47,259 bases of DNA from Candidatus Woesearchaeota archaeon (GTDB lineage Archaea > Nanobdellota > Nanobdellia > Woesearchaeales > GW2011-AR9), in contig JACPCD010000006.1 of assembly GCA_016179955.1 (NCBI GenBank), forward strand, positions 1-47,259, in the 5' to 3' direction. The position numbers and the translations under genes are program-made. The first letter of the stretch is position 1; each line of letters starts with the position of its first letter. Positions 34,167 through 43,093 of the stretch are shown here, one piece after another. Under the pieces are notes generated by a model. That model saw only the letters and a list, made by a program, of their open reading frames with translations, made no database searches and was not told where the DNA came from.

Positions 34167-36458
34167 TTATGCTTTCTTCCTCCCTTCCTTCTTCACCCAC
34201 TCTTTATACTCAAACAGAATTTTTGAACTATTAATTTTTCCTTCCTTATCTTTTACTTTATCGGCAATGAGGTTGTATTGATCATTTGCTTTGATCACAA
34301 ATCCGGCTTCCAACAACGAAGAATCTTTCCGCTCCACCGCAGCGTCCACAATCGCCTGCGCACAGTCTGCCCGCAGCTGAATGTTGTTCCAAATCGCATC
34401 CCAATCGCCGGCAAATTCTTTTATTCTGGACGCCATCCGTTTCAGGATATCGGAATTGCCATTGCGCAGCTCGTCGGTAACTTCCAATTGATCAGTAATG
34501 GGATTGTAGACCATCAAATCAACAAAAGCGCCTTCTTTCAGCGGGTCGTCATCCCATTCCTTGCGGACTTCGGTGATCCTCAGCACTCTCTTGAATCTCT
34601 TGAGGCCGGAAATGACCGGATTGGTGGTCACGATAATGTCAATGGCCTTGAACGAGGTCTTAGGAACTCCAATATCGTTCACGACGCGGTCGTAGACGCC
34701 ATATGGACTATCGGCATGAATCGTTCCCGCGACCACGTTGGCGGCTGCACCTACTCTCATCGCCTCAAATAAAGCGATCGCTTCTTTTGACCGGACTTCA
34801 CCGACAAAGATAGCAGAATCTCCCAACCGCAGCGTGGAGCGGATGCCAATCGATGGATCCACTTCCGAGCCTGGCGCACTTAACGCAGATGCAACTTTCA
34901 ATGATTCAATATTATAACCCAGCATACGCAGGGATTCCTGGGGCAATTCAAAGGTATCTTCAATCGTCAATATTCTGGTCCGGCGCATGATTTCAACTAA
35001 AAATGAGCCCAGCAAGGAGGTTTTCCCGCTGGAGCGCGTTCCCGCCACCAAAATGGTGGCGTTATTAGCGATCAGGAACCGCAGCAGTCCTGCGGCTAAG
35101 GCATTCATGTACTTTACCTTGGGCTGCATGTACAATGGAAAGGTCCAGGGAAAATCGCGATGCCGACGGAACGAGAACGCCAGCCCCGTCGGGTTCAATG
35201 GCGCCGAGATGGCTGCCACCCTCGAGGTGAATCCCGCTACCTTTAATTCCGTGTCCAGGATGGGATTGGCTTCGTCTAAAGGCCGGCCGGAAATTAATCG
35301 TAATTTAGTGGCCCAGCTCTCTACCTCTAATCGCGTGGGATAAATGTTAGTGTAGCAATCGCCGTAATCCTCGTGCACGATGAAGATAGGCAGTTCGCCG
35401 TTAGGGGAGTTGATGTTGACGTCCTGCACCTTGGGGTCGGACAGCAAGATCTCAATCAGGCCAAAACCAACGGTATAGCGCAGCAAGGCTTGGGCCAGCC
35501 CTTCCACCTTTTCATCATCTATCTCTAACCCCCGATGCTGCATCAGGTCATTCAACAGATCTTTTCCGATGTTCAAAAAGACTTCCCGCATCCGCTGCGG
35601 ATCAACGAACTCTTCTCTCGTCGGCTTATGCTCGGACAGGATGCGTTTGGCGTCATCGAGCAATCCATACTCTTCTTCCGAAAACCGGAATTCCGGCGGG
35701 GTGAGATGATATATCATCTTGATATCATCGTCAAATCCAAAGATATTCACTTCATTCTTCTCTCCATTCTCCCCTTCCCTGCCAAAAGAATAGCTCTCCA
35801 GCAGGTTTCCGGAAGGGAATTCAGAAATAAGTTTGGTATACATGAAGTCCGGCCGGGTGTTGGGATGGAAAATGGTGCCGTAAATCTGCCGCTGGCCGAA
35901 GGAGTATTCCTTAAGATGAGGCTGCAGCAGGGCAATGATCTTTAACTGCTCCACTTTCTGCAGCGCATCCTTGATCATGCCCAGGTATGCCTGCTGGCTG
36001 ACCGCATGCCGCTGATCCAGCAATCGGTCCAACTGTATGCTCTGGTCCCGCTCCAGCCGTTTCAGCTCGACGTAGGCTGCCAGGGGGTCTTCTTTAAGCC
36101 TGGTAGCAATAATGCGCTGAAACTTGGCATACGAACCTCGGATGTATCGCTCATGCGCCGGATCCGTAATGAGTTGTGAATACTGTTTACGTTCATCCTG
36201 GTTGAGCTTGCGGTGCAGCGATGCCAGTTCTGTCAGCAGCGTGGTTTGGGAGAAGTCATATTCATATTCCCGGAGCTGGGTGATGATGATGGTGGTGACG
36301 CCAGACACCTGCTGCAATATATCAATGACTTTGCTCAGGCAGAGTTCGCTGTATTCAATAGAAGGTGGGAAAGAACATTTTTCTGCAGAGATGCGCAGGA
36401 TTTTATTTTCTCCTTCGTGGTACGTCTCGTACTCAAAGCAGGGGTTGTCGGAGGGCAT
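34167..36458 (-). CDS. type II/IV secretion-family ATPase (GspE/VirB11/FlaI superfamily) with ~430-aa N-terminal extension
   Basis: Walker A GTRSSGKTSLL, Asp box ILTIEDTFEL, Walker B IFVGEVRSKEA, His box GTIHADSP. Confidence 0.85.
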   Translation of the reverse strand: MPSDNPCFEYETYHEGENKILRISAEKCSFPPSIEYSELCLSKVIDILQQVSGVTTIIITQLREYEYDFSQTTLLTELASLHRKLNQDERKQYSQLITDPAHERYIRGSYAKFQRIIATRLKEDPLAAYVELKRLERDQSIQLDRLLDQRHAVSQQAYLGMIKDALQKVEQLKIIALLQPHLKEYSFGQRQIYGTIFHPNTRPDFMYTKLISEFPSGNLLESYSFGREGENGEKNEVNIFGFDDDIKMIYHLTPPEFRFSEEEYGLLDDAKRILSEHKPTREEFVDPQRMREVFLNIGKDLLNDLMQHRGLEIDDEKVEGLAQALLRYTVGFGLIEILLSDPKVQDVNINSPNGELPIFIVHEDYGDCYTNIYPTRLEVESWATKLRLISGRPLDEANPILDTELKVAGFTSRVAAISAPLNPTGLAFSFRRHRDFPWTFPLYMQPKVKYMNALAAGLLRFLIANNATILVAGTRSSGKTSLLGSFLVEIMRRTRILTIEDTFELPQESLRMLGYNIESLKVASALSAPGSEVDPSIGIRSTLRLGDSAIFVGEVRSKEAIALFEAMRVGAAANVVAGTIHADSPYGVYDRVVNDIGVPKTSFKAIDIIVTTNPVISGLKRFKRVLRITEVRKEWDDDPLKEGAFVDLMVYNPITDQLEVTDELRNGNSDILKRMASRIKEFAGDWDAIWNNIQLRADCAQAIVDAAVERKDSSLLEAGFVIKANDQYNLIADKVKDKEGKINSSKILFEYKEWVKKEGRKKA

Positions 36459-36506
36459 GTTTAAGGTCAGGTTTACTCCAATATATTAATATCTATCGAC
36501 AGTTCA

Positions 36507-37031
36507 TTAGATCTCTTTTTCGCTGGATACAATAATTTCTGTGGTTATGTCTATCACTTCACGGCATATTTTAACGAAATATTCAAATTCTTCCATTTTC
36601 TTATATGCAGTTTCAGTGCCATATTGAAATTCTTCTCTTACTATAATTAGACTTTGATCTATTTCTTTTGCCTTGGTTATATTGAGAAGGTTTATGTATT
36701 TAAGATCAATTGTAATTAAGCCTTGCTCGGTGAGCATTTCCATTAGGGCTAAAGTGCATTCTTGATTTCTACTCTCGTAACCGAACTTTATTAATATTGC
36801 TAAAAAGCAATGATAGATGCAATAGAAAAAGGCACTTCCGGACCAGTCTGAATAATTGTTCTCCTTAAAAAAAAGTGCCGCGTTAAGATTATGCTCTGCT
36901 TTTTTCACGTGGTCTTGTGCCAATGTTTCCGATGGCCGAACTTTAATTAATCCTCGGTGTAAATCACTTTCCGCTAATTCTTTCTCTGCTTTCTTCAAGC
37001 ACCATTCAACTTTATTGTTGGAGTGTGTCAT
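36507..37031 (-). CDS. HEPN-domain protein (putative toxin of the MNT-HEPN pair)
   Basis: Four-helix pattern (AEHNLNAALFF...SGSAFFYCIYHCFLAILIKFG). Its start overlaps the stop of the MNT gene (TAATG). I could not locate a clean Rx4-6H motif. Confidence 0.6.
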   Translation of the reverse strand: MTHSNNKVEWCLKKAEKELAESDLHRGLIKVRPSETLAQDHVKKAEHNLNAALFFKENNYSDWSGSAFFYCIYHCFLAILIKFGYESRNQECTLALMEMLTEQGLITIDLKYINLLNITKAKEIDQSLIIVREEFQYGTETAYKKMEEFEYFVKICREVIDITTEIIVSSEKEI

Positions 37032-37684
37032 TATAACCTTGACTTCGGCTCGGGAACTGCGAAATTGCCATAAGCCTGCTGCGCTTGATATACTGCCTTA
37101 ATGAGTTTCTCATATCCATAAAGTACATAGCCAAACCGCAGAGCATTAAGTACAACTGGATCCGGCTTTTTCAAATTTGTAATAAGATCTTGGGATGTTT
37201 GATTGATCGGATGGATCGGCTTAAGAAGTATGCGGTTTTTCATAGTTATCCATTCGAGGATAGTTTTGAATTTGGTTTTAGTGAACACCAGTAGCAGATC
37301 GATATCATGGGCTTTATCATAATCTCTGACTGTTGAACCGAAAAGAATGATAATTTGCAGTTGGGGAAATAGTTCTTTAAATTCAAATAGCCAGCGAGCT
37401 GCTTTCTCTTTTGACTCTTCCATTAGCAGTATTTCAATCATTTTACGCGCGTATATTTCATTAAGATTTATTTTATAAAATACGGCTTTCCCATATTGGC
37501 GTCCCAGGAGTAATCCTTGTTTTTCTAATTTCTTAACTATTTTTAATGCGCCTCGACGGGACATTTGCAGCTTTTTGGAGACAGAATTGGCATTATAATC
37601 TTTACTAAAATCTTTGAAGAGGAGGAGCAGTACTTCTCTCTCTTTGGTGGCGAGTGGGGGCATGTGTGAACCTATAGTTCCCAT
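37031..37684 (-). CDS. wHTH-fused minimal nucleotidyltransferase (MNT)
   Basis: N-terminal winged-helix (NSVSKKLQMSRRGALKIVKKLEKQGLL), then LFGSTVRDYDKAHDIDLLLVF (GS...DxD). Confidence 0.75.
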   Translation of the reverse strand: MGTIGSHMPPLATKEREVLLLLFKDFSKDYNANSVSKKLQMSRRGALKIVKKLEKQGLLLGRQYGKAVFYKINLNEIYARKMIEILLMEESKEKAARWLFEFKELFPQLQIIILFGSTVRDYDKAHDIDLLLVFTKTKFKTILEWITMKNRILLKPIHPINQTSQDLITNLKKPDPVVLNALRFGYVLYGYEKLIKAVYQAQQAYGNFAVPEPKSRL

Positions 37685-37725
37685 ATGTGAATTAATAGTA
37701 TATAAAGGTTGCGTAACTTAACCTT

Positions 37726-38457
37726 TTAAGATATAGTCTTCCATAAATACTCAAAATACTTTCGATAATTTTTAGCCAAGGTCTCATGTTTCACTACAAA
37801 AGCAACCGGTTTTTCCAGCCAGAGCACGTTTGCAACATAGTCGCCATAAATATAAATGACGTTCAGTCCACTAATGATTTTTGGGAGCACTCTGTACTCA
37901 TAATATTTTGATTTGGTGATAGGCTTATTTCTAGATTCGTGGACGAGCAAGAGCCTCCACTTGCATTTGAGTTTTTCTCTTTTCTTGTTGTAATGAGGCC
38001 AGAAATACGGTAATCTGTTTTCAACGTCACCTGTTGCCCCTATAAACAATACTTCCTGATAATTTAAGCAATCTTTAAGAATGGTCTTAATTCCTTCATT
38101 CCCCCGGTATATCTGGGCTTCAATTTCTGGAGATAAGGAGAGGAATTTTTGCTTGAGAGCAGGAATTTCTTTTTTCAGTTGTGATTTTTCCTCATCGATT
38201 TTTGCTTTCTTTTCGTCGAGGTAGCGCAGGATATTTTCGGGATCTTTTGGCTGGAAATATTTAATCTTGTTTTCAATGACATAGGTAACCAGCCCTTTGT
38301 CAGCGAGTTTTTGAAGTGCCTCATACGCATTCTTACGATGAACACCAGAATTTTCTACCAGTTTCCCGGCAGAGGTAACTCCCAGTGATAAAATGCTGTA
38401 ATAAACTTTAATCTCTGTTTCTGTTAACCCTATACTTCGTAATAGTGAGCGGCTCAT
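37726..38457 (-). CDS. TrmB-family transcriptional regulator
   Basis: LGLTETEIKVYYSILSLGVTSAGKLVENSGVHRKNAYEALQKLADKGLV plus a C-terminal TrmB-like domain. Confidence 0.8.
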   Translation of the reverse strand: MSRSLLRSIGLTETEIKVYYSILSLGVTSAGKLVENSGVHRKNAYEALQKLADKGLVTYVIENKIKYFQPKDPENILRYLDEKKAKIDEEKSQLKKEIPALKQKFLSLSPEIEAQIYRGNEGIKTILKDCLNYQEVLFIGATGDVENRLPYFWPHYNKKREKLKCKWRLLLVHESRNKPITKSKYYEYRVLPKIISGLNVIYIYGDYVANVLWLEKPVAFVVKHETLAKNYRKYFEYLWKTIS

Positions 38458-38550
38458 GCACTTTCAGAGAGCTGTACGCTATATAAAGATTGTGGTGGTA
38501 TATAGTGACCACAAAGATTAATCAATATCGGTTGTTTGGTAAAGGCTACT

Positions 38551-39219
38551 ATGACCGAAACACTTAATGCTTTACAATATCTGGTTGATGAGAATCCTAT
38601 TCTTCAACACCCCTTGCTGGTCTCTTTTGCTGATTTACGCAAAAGTCAGGTAAAATCGTGGGCGAGGGAGCAATACTACTTGTCACTTTCATTTGCAGAT
38701 ACACTGGCCATACTTTTTGCCAGAGTTCCCTTTACATACGTTGCCGAAAAAAGACAGTTGGCAGATATGTTTTATACAGAAGTGAGAGGTGGGAATGATC
38801 TTTACTCTCATGAAGCTGAGTTTGCAGCAATGGCCTCATTTTTAGAACTTAATCTGGAGCAGCTGCAACAAGAAAGGCCTAAAACACATACTCAACAATT
38901 TATCGATGACCGGTTAGCTCTATGCTCGCAAAAACCAATTGCACAGAGTTTGGCGGCGATGGCGCTGGGAAATGAGTATCTTAATCTTTCTATTTTTAAA
39001 TCCTATCGTGATGGAATTCCTAAAATATCTGGCTTGGCGAGTTGCCCCTTGGGATATTTTGATGCCCATCTGCGCGATGAATATGATGATTTTAAAATCA
39101 TGGATGCTGCCTTTCAAAAAGTAAGTAGTGGCCTTGATAATGGCGTAGAGCGAGCGGTGAGAAAATTATTAGAAATTAGAACCCACTATTTTGATGCTCT
39201 TTGGGAAGATTTGAAATAA
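38551..39219 (+). CDS. heme-oxygenase-like fold protein (TenA/PqqC-like iron-containing redox enzyme family)
   Basis: All-helical, ~220 aa, with the patterns HPLL..., WAREQYYLS and H/E/D positions typical of this fold. Weak call. Confidence 0.5.
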   Translation: MTETLNALQYLVDENPILQHPLLVSFADLRKSQVKSWAREQYYLSLSFADTLAILFARVPFTYVAEKRQLADMFYTEVRGGNDLYSHEAEFAAMASFLELNLEQLQQERPKTHTQQFIDDRLALCSQKPIAQSLAAMALGNEYLNLSIFKSYRDGIPKISGLASCPLGYFDAHLRDEYDDFKIMDAAFQKVSSGLDNGVERAVRKLLEIRTHYFDALWEDLK

Positions 39220-39402
39220 GAGTAGGAGGCATATTTATTTCTGATACGTCTCAGCAATAATTCTCAGCATATATTGCTGGTCTCGTTGAAGTGTTTCAAC
39301 GAATTGATTAATAACGCCCTCTTTAATCTTTTTAAACTTTTATGAAATACCACTCCAAAATACTCACATAACTTTATTTAACTGCCGGCCATTTATACGG
39401 TT

Positions 39403-39771
39403 ATGGCAGCTGCTCCCGCTCTTCCCCAGGGTTTTGAACCTGCAAAGCTCTACGTCTGGGTGAAAAGCCTGGAAAGCAAAGTTAACGTGCTGTTGCGGGA
39501 AGTGGATGTGCTCAAGAATGATTTCGTGAAGCGCAACCAGGATTTACGCCAGGACGTCAGGGTCTTGTCTGAGGATCTTCTCGAGGTGAAGCATCAGCAC
39601 GAAAAGATGCTGCAGACGATGGACTTGGTCATTAAGGAACTCAAGCAGACCGCTGGCGTTGAAGAGGTGCAGGTGCTCAAGAAGTACGTGGAGTTTTGGA
39701 ATCCAATGCAGTTTGTAACCCAGCAGGACTTAGATCGAGCACTGGAAAGCAAGCCCATGGGAAAGAATTAA
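39403..39771 (+). CDS. coiled-coil protein, unknown
   Basis: Heptad-rich 122-aa ORF, first of a tandem pair. Confidence 0.5.
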   Translation: MAAAPALPQGFEPAKLYVWVKSLESKVNVLLREVDVLKNDFVKRNQDLRQDVRVLSEDLLEVKHQHEKMLQTMDLVIKELKQTAGVEEVQVLKKYVEFWNPMQFVTQQDLDRALESKPMGKN

Positions 39772-39807
39772 AAAGAACCTCTTTCATACTACCAAAAAAG
39801 GTGATTG

Positions 39808-40356
39808 ATGATGGTATTACCGGCACAAAATCTCGTTTCCGAAGTACTGGCGTTGCGCAGCCAGGGGCTTACTGATAATCTTATCATGGAAGAATTGAAA
39901 AGCCAGGGCTATACTCCGCCGCAAGTCAGCCTGGCCATTGCCCAGGCAGATTCTCCGTCCCCGTCATTTCAGGATGCTGCTCAATATGCTGGGTCCGCTT
40001 CCGGATACTCTTCCTCTGGCGCTGCTGATGAAGGCAACATCTATGAGCGTCTCGAAGAATTCACGGAGAATATGATTGACCAGAAATGGGATGAGCTGAT
40101 TGCGGAAGTGAAGAAAATCGTTTCCTGGAAGGAGAAGATGGAAAGCCAGCAGCAGCAGTTGCAGAATGATGTAACTAAGCTCAAAGAGGATTTTCGGGTT
40201 CTGCATCAGGGCGTTCTGGGCCAGCTGGAGGAATATGACACCCGCATGCGGGACGTGGGCACGGAGCTTAAGGCAGTAGGAAAAGTCTTCAAGGATGTGA
40301 TTCCGGAATTCGTGCAGAACGTGAAGGAATTGAAAGGGCTGACGCTGAAGAAGTGA
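39808..40356 (+). CDS. coiled-coil protein with small N-terminal helical (UBA-like) module, unknown
   Basis: GGTGA SD at 39800-39804. N-terminal LRSQGLTDNLIMEELKSQGYTPPQVSLAIAQA, an S/A/G linker, then coiled coil. Confidence 0.5.
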   Translation: MMVLPAQNLVSEVLALRSQGLTDNLIMEELKSQGYTPPQVSLAIAQADSPSPSFQDAAQYAGSASGYSSSGAADEGNIYERLEEFTENMIDQKWDELIAEVKKIVSWKEKMESQQQQLQNDVTKLKEDFRVLHQGVLGQLEEYDTRMRDVGTELKAVGKVFKDVIPEFVQNVKELKGLTLKK

Positions 40357-40493
40357 TTCTATTGATAATTTTATGGCACGAGTTTATTTAGATTAAATAA
40401 TATGTCGGGTTGGTGTCCAGAAAACATACTTAAAATGGTCCTCCAAAGAAAGTTCTCTGCCCAATAAAAGTATTTTAGTAACTAAAAAGTGAC

Positions 40494-40507
40494 AAAACAT
40501 TTATAAA
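40494..40507 (+). promoter_or_regulatory. BRE/TATA promoter AAAACATTTATAAA
   Basis: Lies 26 nt upstream of the ATG at 40533. Confidence 0.5.
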
Positions 40508-40532
40508 GTAGCGATGGTTTTAGGATATTAAA

Positions 40533-41108
40533 ATGAACCCAGAACAACTTCCTGTTTATACACCTGAATATCAACATTGTCCTCAACTAAATGGTACATG
40601 GCACGTCCGCAGGGTATCTTCCGGATTAGTAGCTAAACTTTCTAGATCGTGGGAATTTTTTGTTGATATGGACACTGATGAAGAGGAAAGAAGAAAGTCA
40701 AACGAAGCTGTAAGAGATAGTTTGCTAATAGGTCTTGAAAATGAGTATTCAATGTTAAAAGCAGTCTATGAAGCAGGTGTATCTGTTCCGAAGCCGGAAG
40801 GGGTATTTCTTGTTCCAGTTCCTAGAGACGGAATCTTAAATTATCTTCAGGGGAGAAAGCTTCTTACGCCAGGAATTCTTATGCAGTACATAGCGGGAAT
40901 TCCAATGAATAAGTTAAGAGGTAAGCGGTTAGACGAGGCTTTTCGTCTTCGCCATGAAGAATTAAGGAAATGTAAAATAGCCGGATTCGACCCTTTGGAC
41001 ACCATCGAAAGAAATGCTATTTATAGTCCACTGGAAAATAAGGTTTATCTTGTTGATGTTGAGAATTGGCAAACTATAGACCCAGCTAATCCAGTACTTT
41101 TGCCGTAA
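40533..41108 (+). CDS. hypothetical protein, possible truncated RIO/Kdo-kinase-like fold
   Basis: The ENEYSMLKAVYEAGVSVPKP pattern resembles the small-kinase alpha-C/hinge region. The catalytic motifs are not clear. Confidence 0.35.
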   Translation: MNPEQLPVYTPEYQHCPQLNGTWHVRRVSSGLVAKLSRSWEFFVDMDTDEEERRKSNEAVRDSLLIGLENEYSMLKAVYEAGVSVPKPEGVFLVPVPRDGILNYLQGRKLLTPGILMQYIAGIPMNKLRGKRLDEAFRLRHEELRKCKIAGFDPLDTIERNAIYSPLENKVYLVDVENWQTIDPANPVLLP

Positions 41109-41153
41109 CGCCATAAATTTTCTTTAGTGCCAAATTATTTACAAGAAAAAATC

Positions 41154-41711
41154 TCATCCCTGCGTCAATAAAGCTACCGCAAAGATCGCAATGATGAATA
41201 ACACTATCATCCCAATGACCTTCGGATGAAATAACGTCCCCGTAATGTTCTTTTCGAAATTGGCAGACGTCGTCGTACCGCCCGTCGCGTTAACCGATGA
41301 CTGCTGCACTGCACCGCCCGCTTCCAAAAAAGATTGCCCAAAGACATTGCCAAAGGCAGCAATGGCAATAATCAAGCCAACTCCAATCAAAGTCCAGTAA
41401 ACACCTTTATCTTTTGCAGCCGAGGCTAAGTCCGATTCTTTCAGCCCGAACATCATGAAAATCAGCAGCAGCAGCACAAAGAAGATGATAGCAACCGCAA
41501 ACCAGGGGATCATGAAATTAATCATCTCTACCACGTTGCGGGAGAGCAGAATCATAAACGCTACTGCCGCACTGATGATCCCGTTAATTCCCGGCGAACC
41601 CCCCGATACCTTGGTCTTCTGCAGGATGGCAAAGGTAAGCGCCCACACCAGAATAAATGGAAAGATAACGTCAAACGTCTTTAGTAATCCGATATCCAGC
41701 ACCGTTGCCAT
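41154..41711 (-). CDS. membrane protein, paralogue 3 of a tandem triplet
   Basis: Shares the N-terminal motif D-x-(I/F)-(L/F)-P-F-(I/L)-L-V-(F/W)-x-(I/L)-x-F-A-(I/V)-(L/M)-(Q/E)-(K/R)-T-K-(I/V) with its two neighbours. 4-5 TM segments. Confidence 0.65.
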   Translation of the reverse strand: MATVLDIGLLKTFDVIFPFILVWALTFAILQKTKVSGGSPGINGIISAAVAFMILLSRNVVEMINFMIPWFAVAIIFFVLLLLIFMMFGLKESDLASAAKDKGVYWTLIGVGLIIAIAAFGNVFGQSFLEAGGAVQQSSVNATGGTTTSANFEKNITGTLFHPKVIGMIVLFIIAIFAVALLTQG

Positions 41712-41760
41712 GTAGTTGTATCCTTATCTTTTTTTAATCTCTTATTTTTTCTCAAACACT

Positions 41761-42330
41761 CTATTTCTTCTCAAAGAGCTTGGCCAGGCCTTCCATGATT
41801 CCCTGACCAGGTGTTTTCGAGCCCGGTTCCCGGGTGATAAACCAGACAATGACTCCAAAGACCAGGATGACGATGATTAATTCCGTTAAATCCGGCGTCC
41901 ACCAGGAAAAGGCAGCATAGGGGCCAGTCCACAAGTTTAACGCTGCACCAAAGATGTACAGCACAAAGCCAATGGCAACTACGGCAATGATGGGCGCAGC
42001 CGTCTTGGAAAAATCAGTGCTAAAGATTCCCATCAGCAGCAACAGCATGATGGATGCGATGGCCACTAACGAAATGCTCGGGAGCGATTGATTCATAACT
42101 GCTACCGGATCGTAACCCAGAGGATAGCTGCCCGTGATATGGGGGATGACAAATAATAACCCTAATACCAGGGCGATAATGACATTGAAATTTTTGTTCT
42201 CGCCCAGAATCTTGGTTCGTTGCATCACCGCAAACACGATGGTAAACACTAAAATAAAAGGGAGCAGGAAATCAACCACTCCAAAATTCTGCAGGGACGC
42301 CGCCACATTGGAAAATGCAGGATATGCCAT
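41761..42330 (-). CDS. membrane protein, paralogue 2 of a tandem triplet
   Basis: FGVVDFLLPFILVFTIVFAVMQRTKILG, 189 aa, 4-5 TM segments. Confidence 0.65.
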   Translation of the reverse strand: MAYPAFSNVAASLQNFGVVDFLLPFILVFTIVFAVMQRTKILGENKNFNVIIALVLGLLFVIPHITGSYPLGYDPVAVMNQSLPSISLVAIASIMLLLLMGIFSTDFSKTAAPIIAVVAIGFVLYIFGAALNLWTGPYAAFSWWTPDLTELIIVILVFGVIVWFITREPGSKTPGQGIMEGLAKLFEKK

Positions 42331-42345
42331 AGTAATAACCTCCGT

Positions 42346-42906
42346 TTAATCTTTTTTTGCCTCTTTCTTGCCGCTGTTGGGGTCTCTGATCACAAACCAC
42401 ATGAAACCCAGGATGATGATGACAAAAATGATAGTGATGGCCCATTCTTCATTCCAGAAGACAAACAAGGCAAAGACATACTTTAGCCAATCTAATGCGT
42501 TCAGAAAAATGACCACGATGCCCAGGAACATTACCACCATGAAAAACGTGATCCAGCCGGGATAATCCTTCAGCGTGAATTCCTTGCTGCCGAAAAATAC
42601 GCCCACTAACAGCAGAAATGAAATGGCCAGGATAAGTAACAGCACGATGTTGGCCATCACCTGGTTTATCACCGCGACTAGTTGGGTCGATGCAATGACT
42701 AGAAAAGCAACCACAAAGGCGACCATGGCATTGAGGTTCTTCTTGGTTATTTCCCGCTCCCCTACTTTCTCCATGCCCAGGATTTTAGTCTTTTCCAATA
42801 TGGCAAAGACAATGGTGAATACTAATAGAAACGGCAGGATGACATCATATACTCCCAGCTTGCCCAAGAACCCTATAGCGCTGCGAAAGCCGCTTTCTTC
42901 CACCAT
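42346..42906 (-). CDS. membrane protein, paralogue 1 of a tandem triplet
   Basis: LGVYDVILPFLLVFTIVFAILEKTKILG, 186 aa, 4-5 TM segments. Confidence 0.65.
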   Translation of the reverse strand: MVEESGFRSAIGFLGKLGVYDVILPFLLVFTIVFAILEKTKILGMEKVGEREITKKNLNAMVAFVVAFLVIASTQLVAVINQVMANIVLLLILAISFLLLVGVFFGSKEFTLKDYPGWITFFMVVMFLGIVVIFLNALDWLKYVFALFVFWNEEWAITIIFVIIILGFMWFVIRDPNSGKKEAKKD

Positions 42907-43093
42907 CTACCAAAAACCCCCTGGATTTTTGGAAGATGCTAAAAAATCTCTATTTTTTATCATCTCATTCAGCCTCATTTTTCCTGAAGCAGACTAAAAG
43001 AACATAATATATAAATGTTTCTTTTCTCCCGCTTAAAAACGAATACTTTAAATAGTAGTAACCCTATCTTCTGCCACCGGAGGCTGGTCAAAA

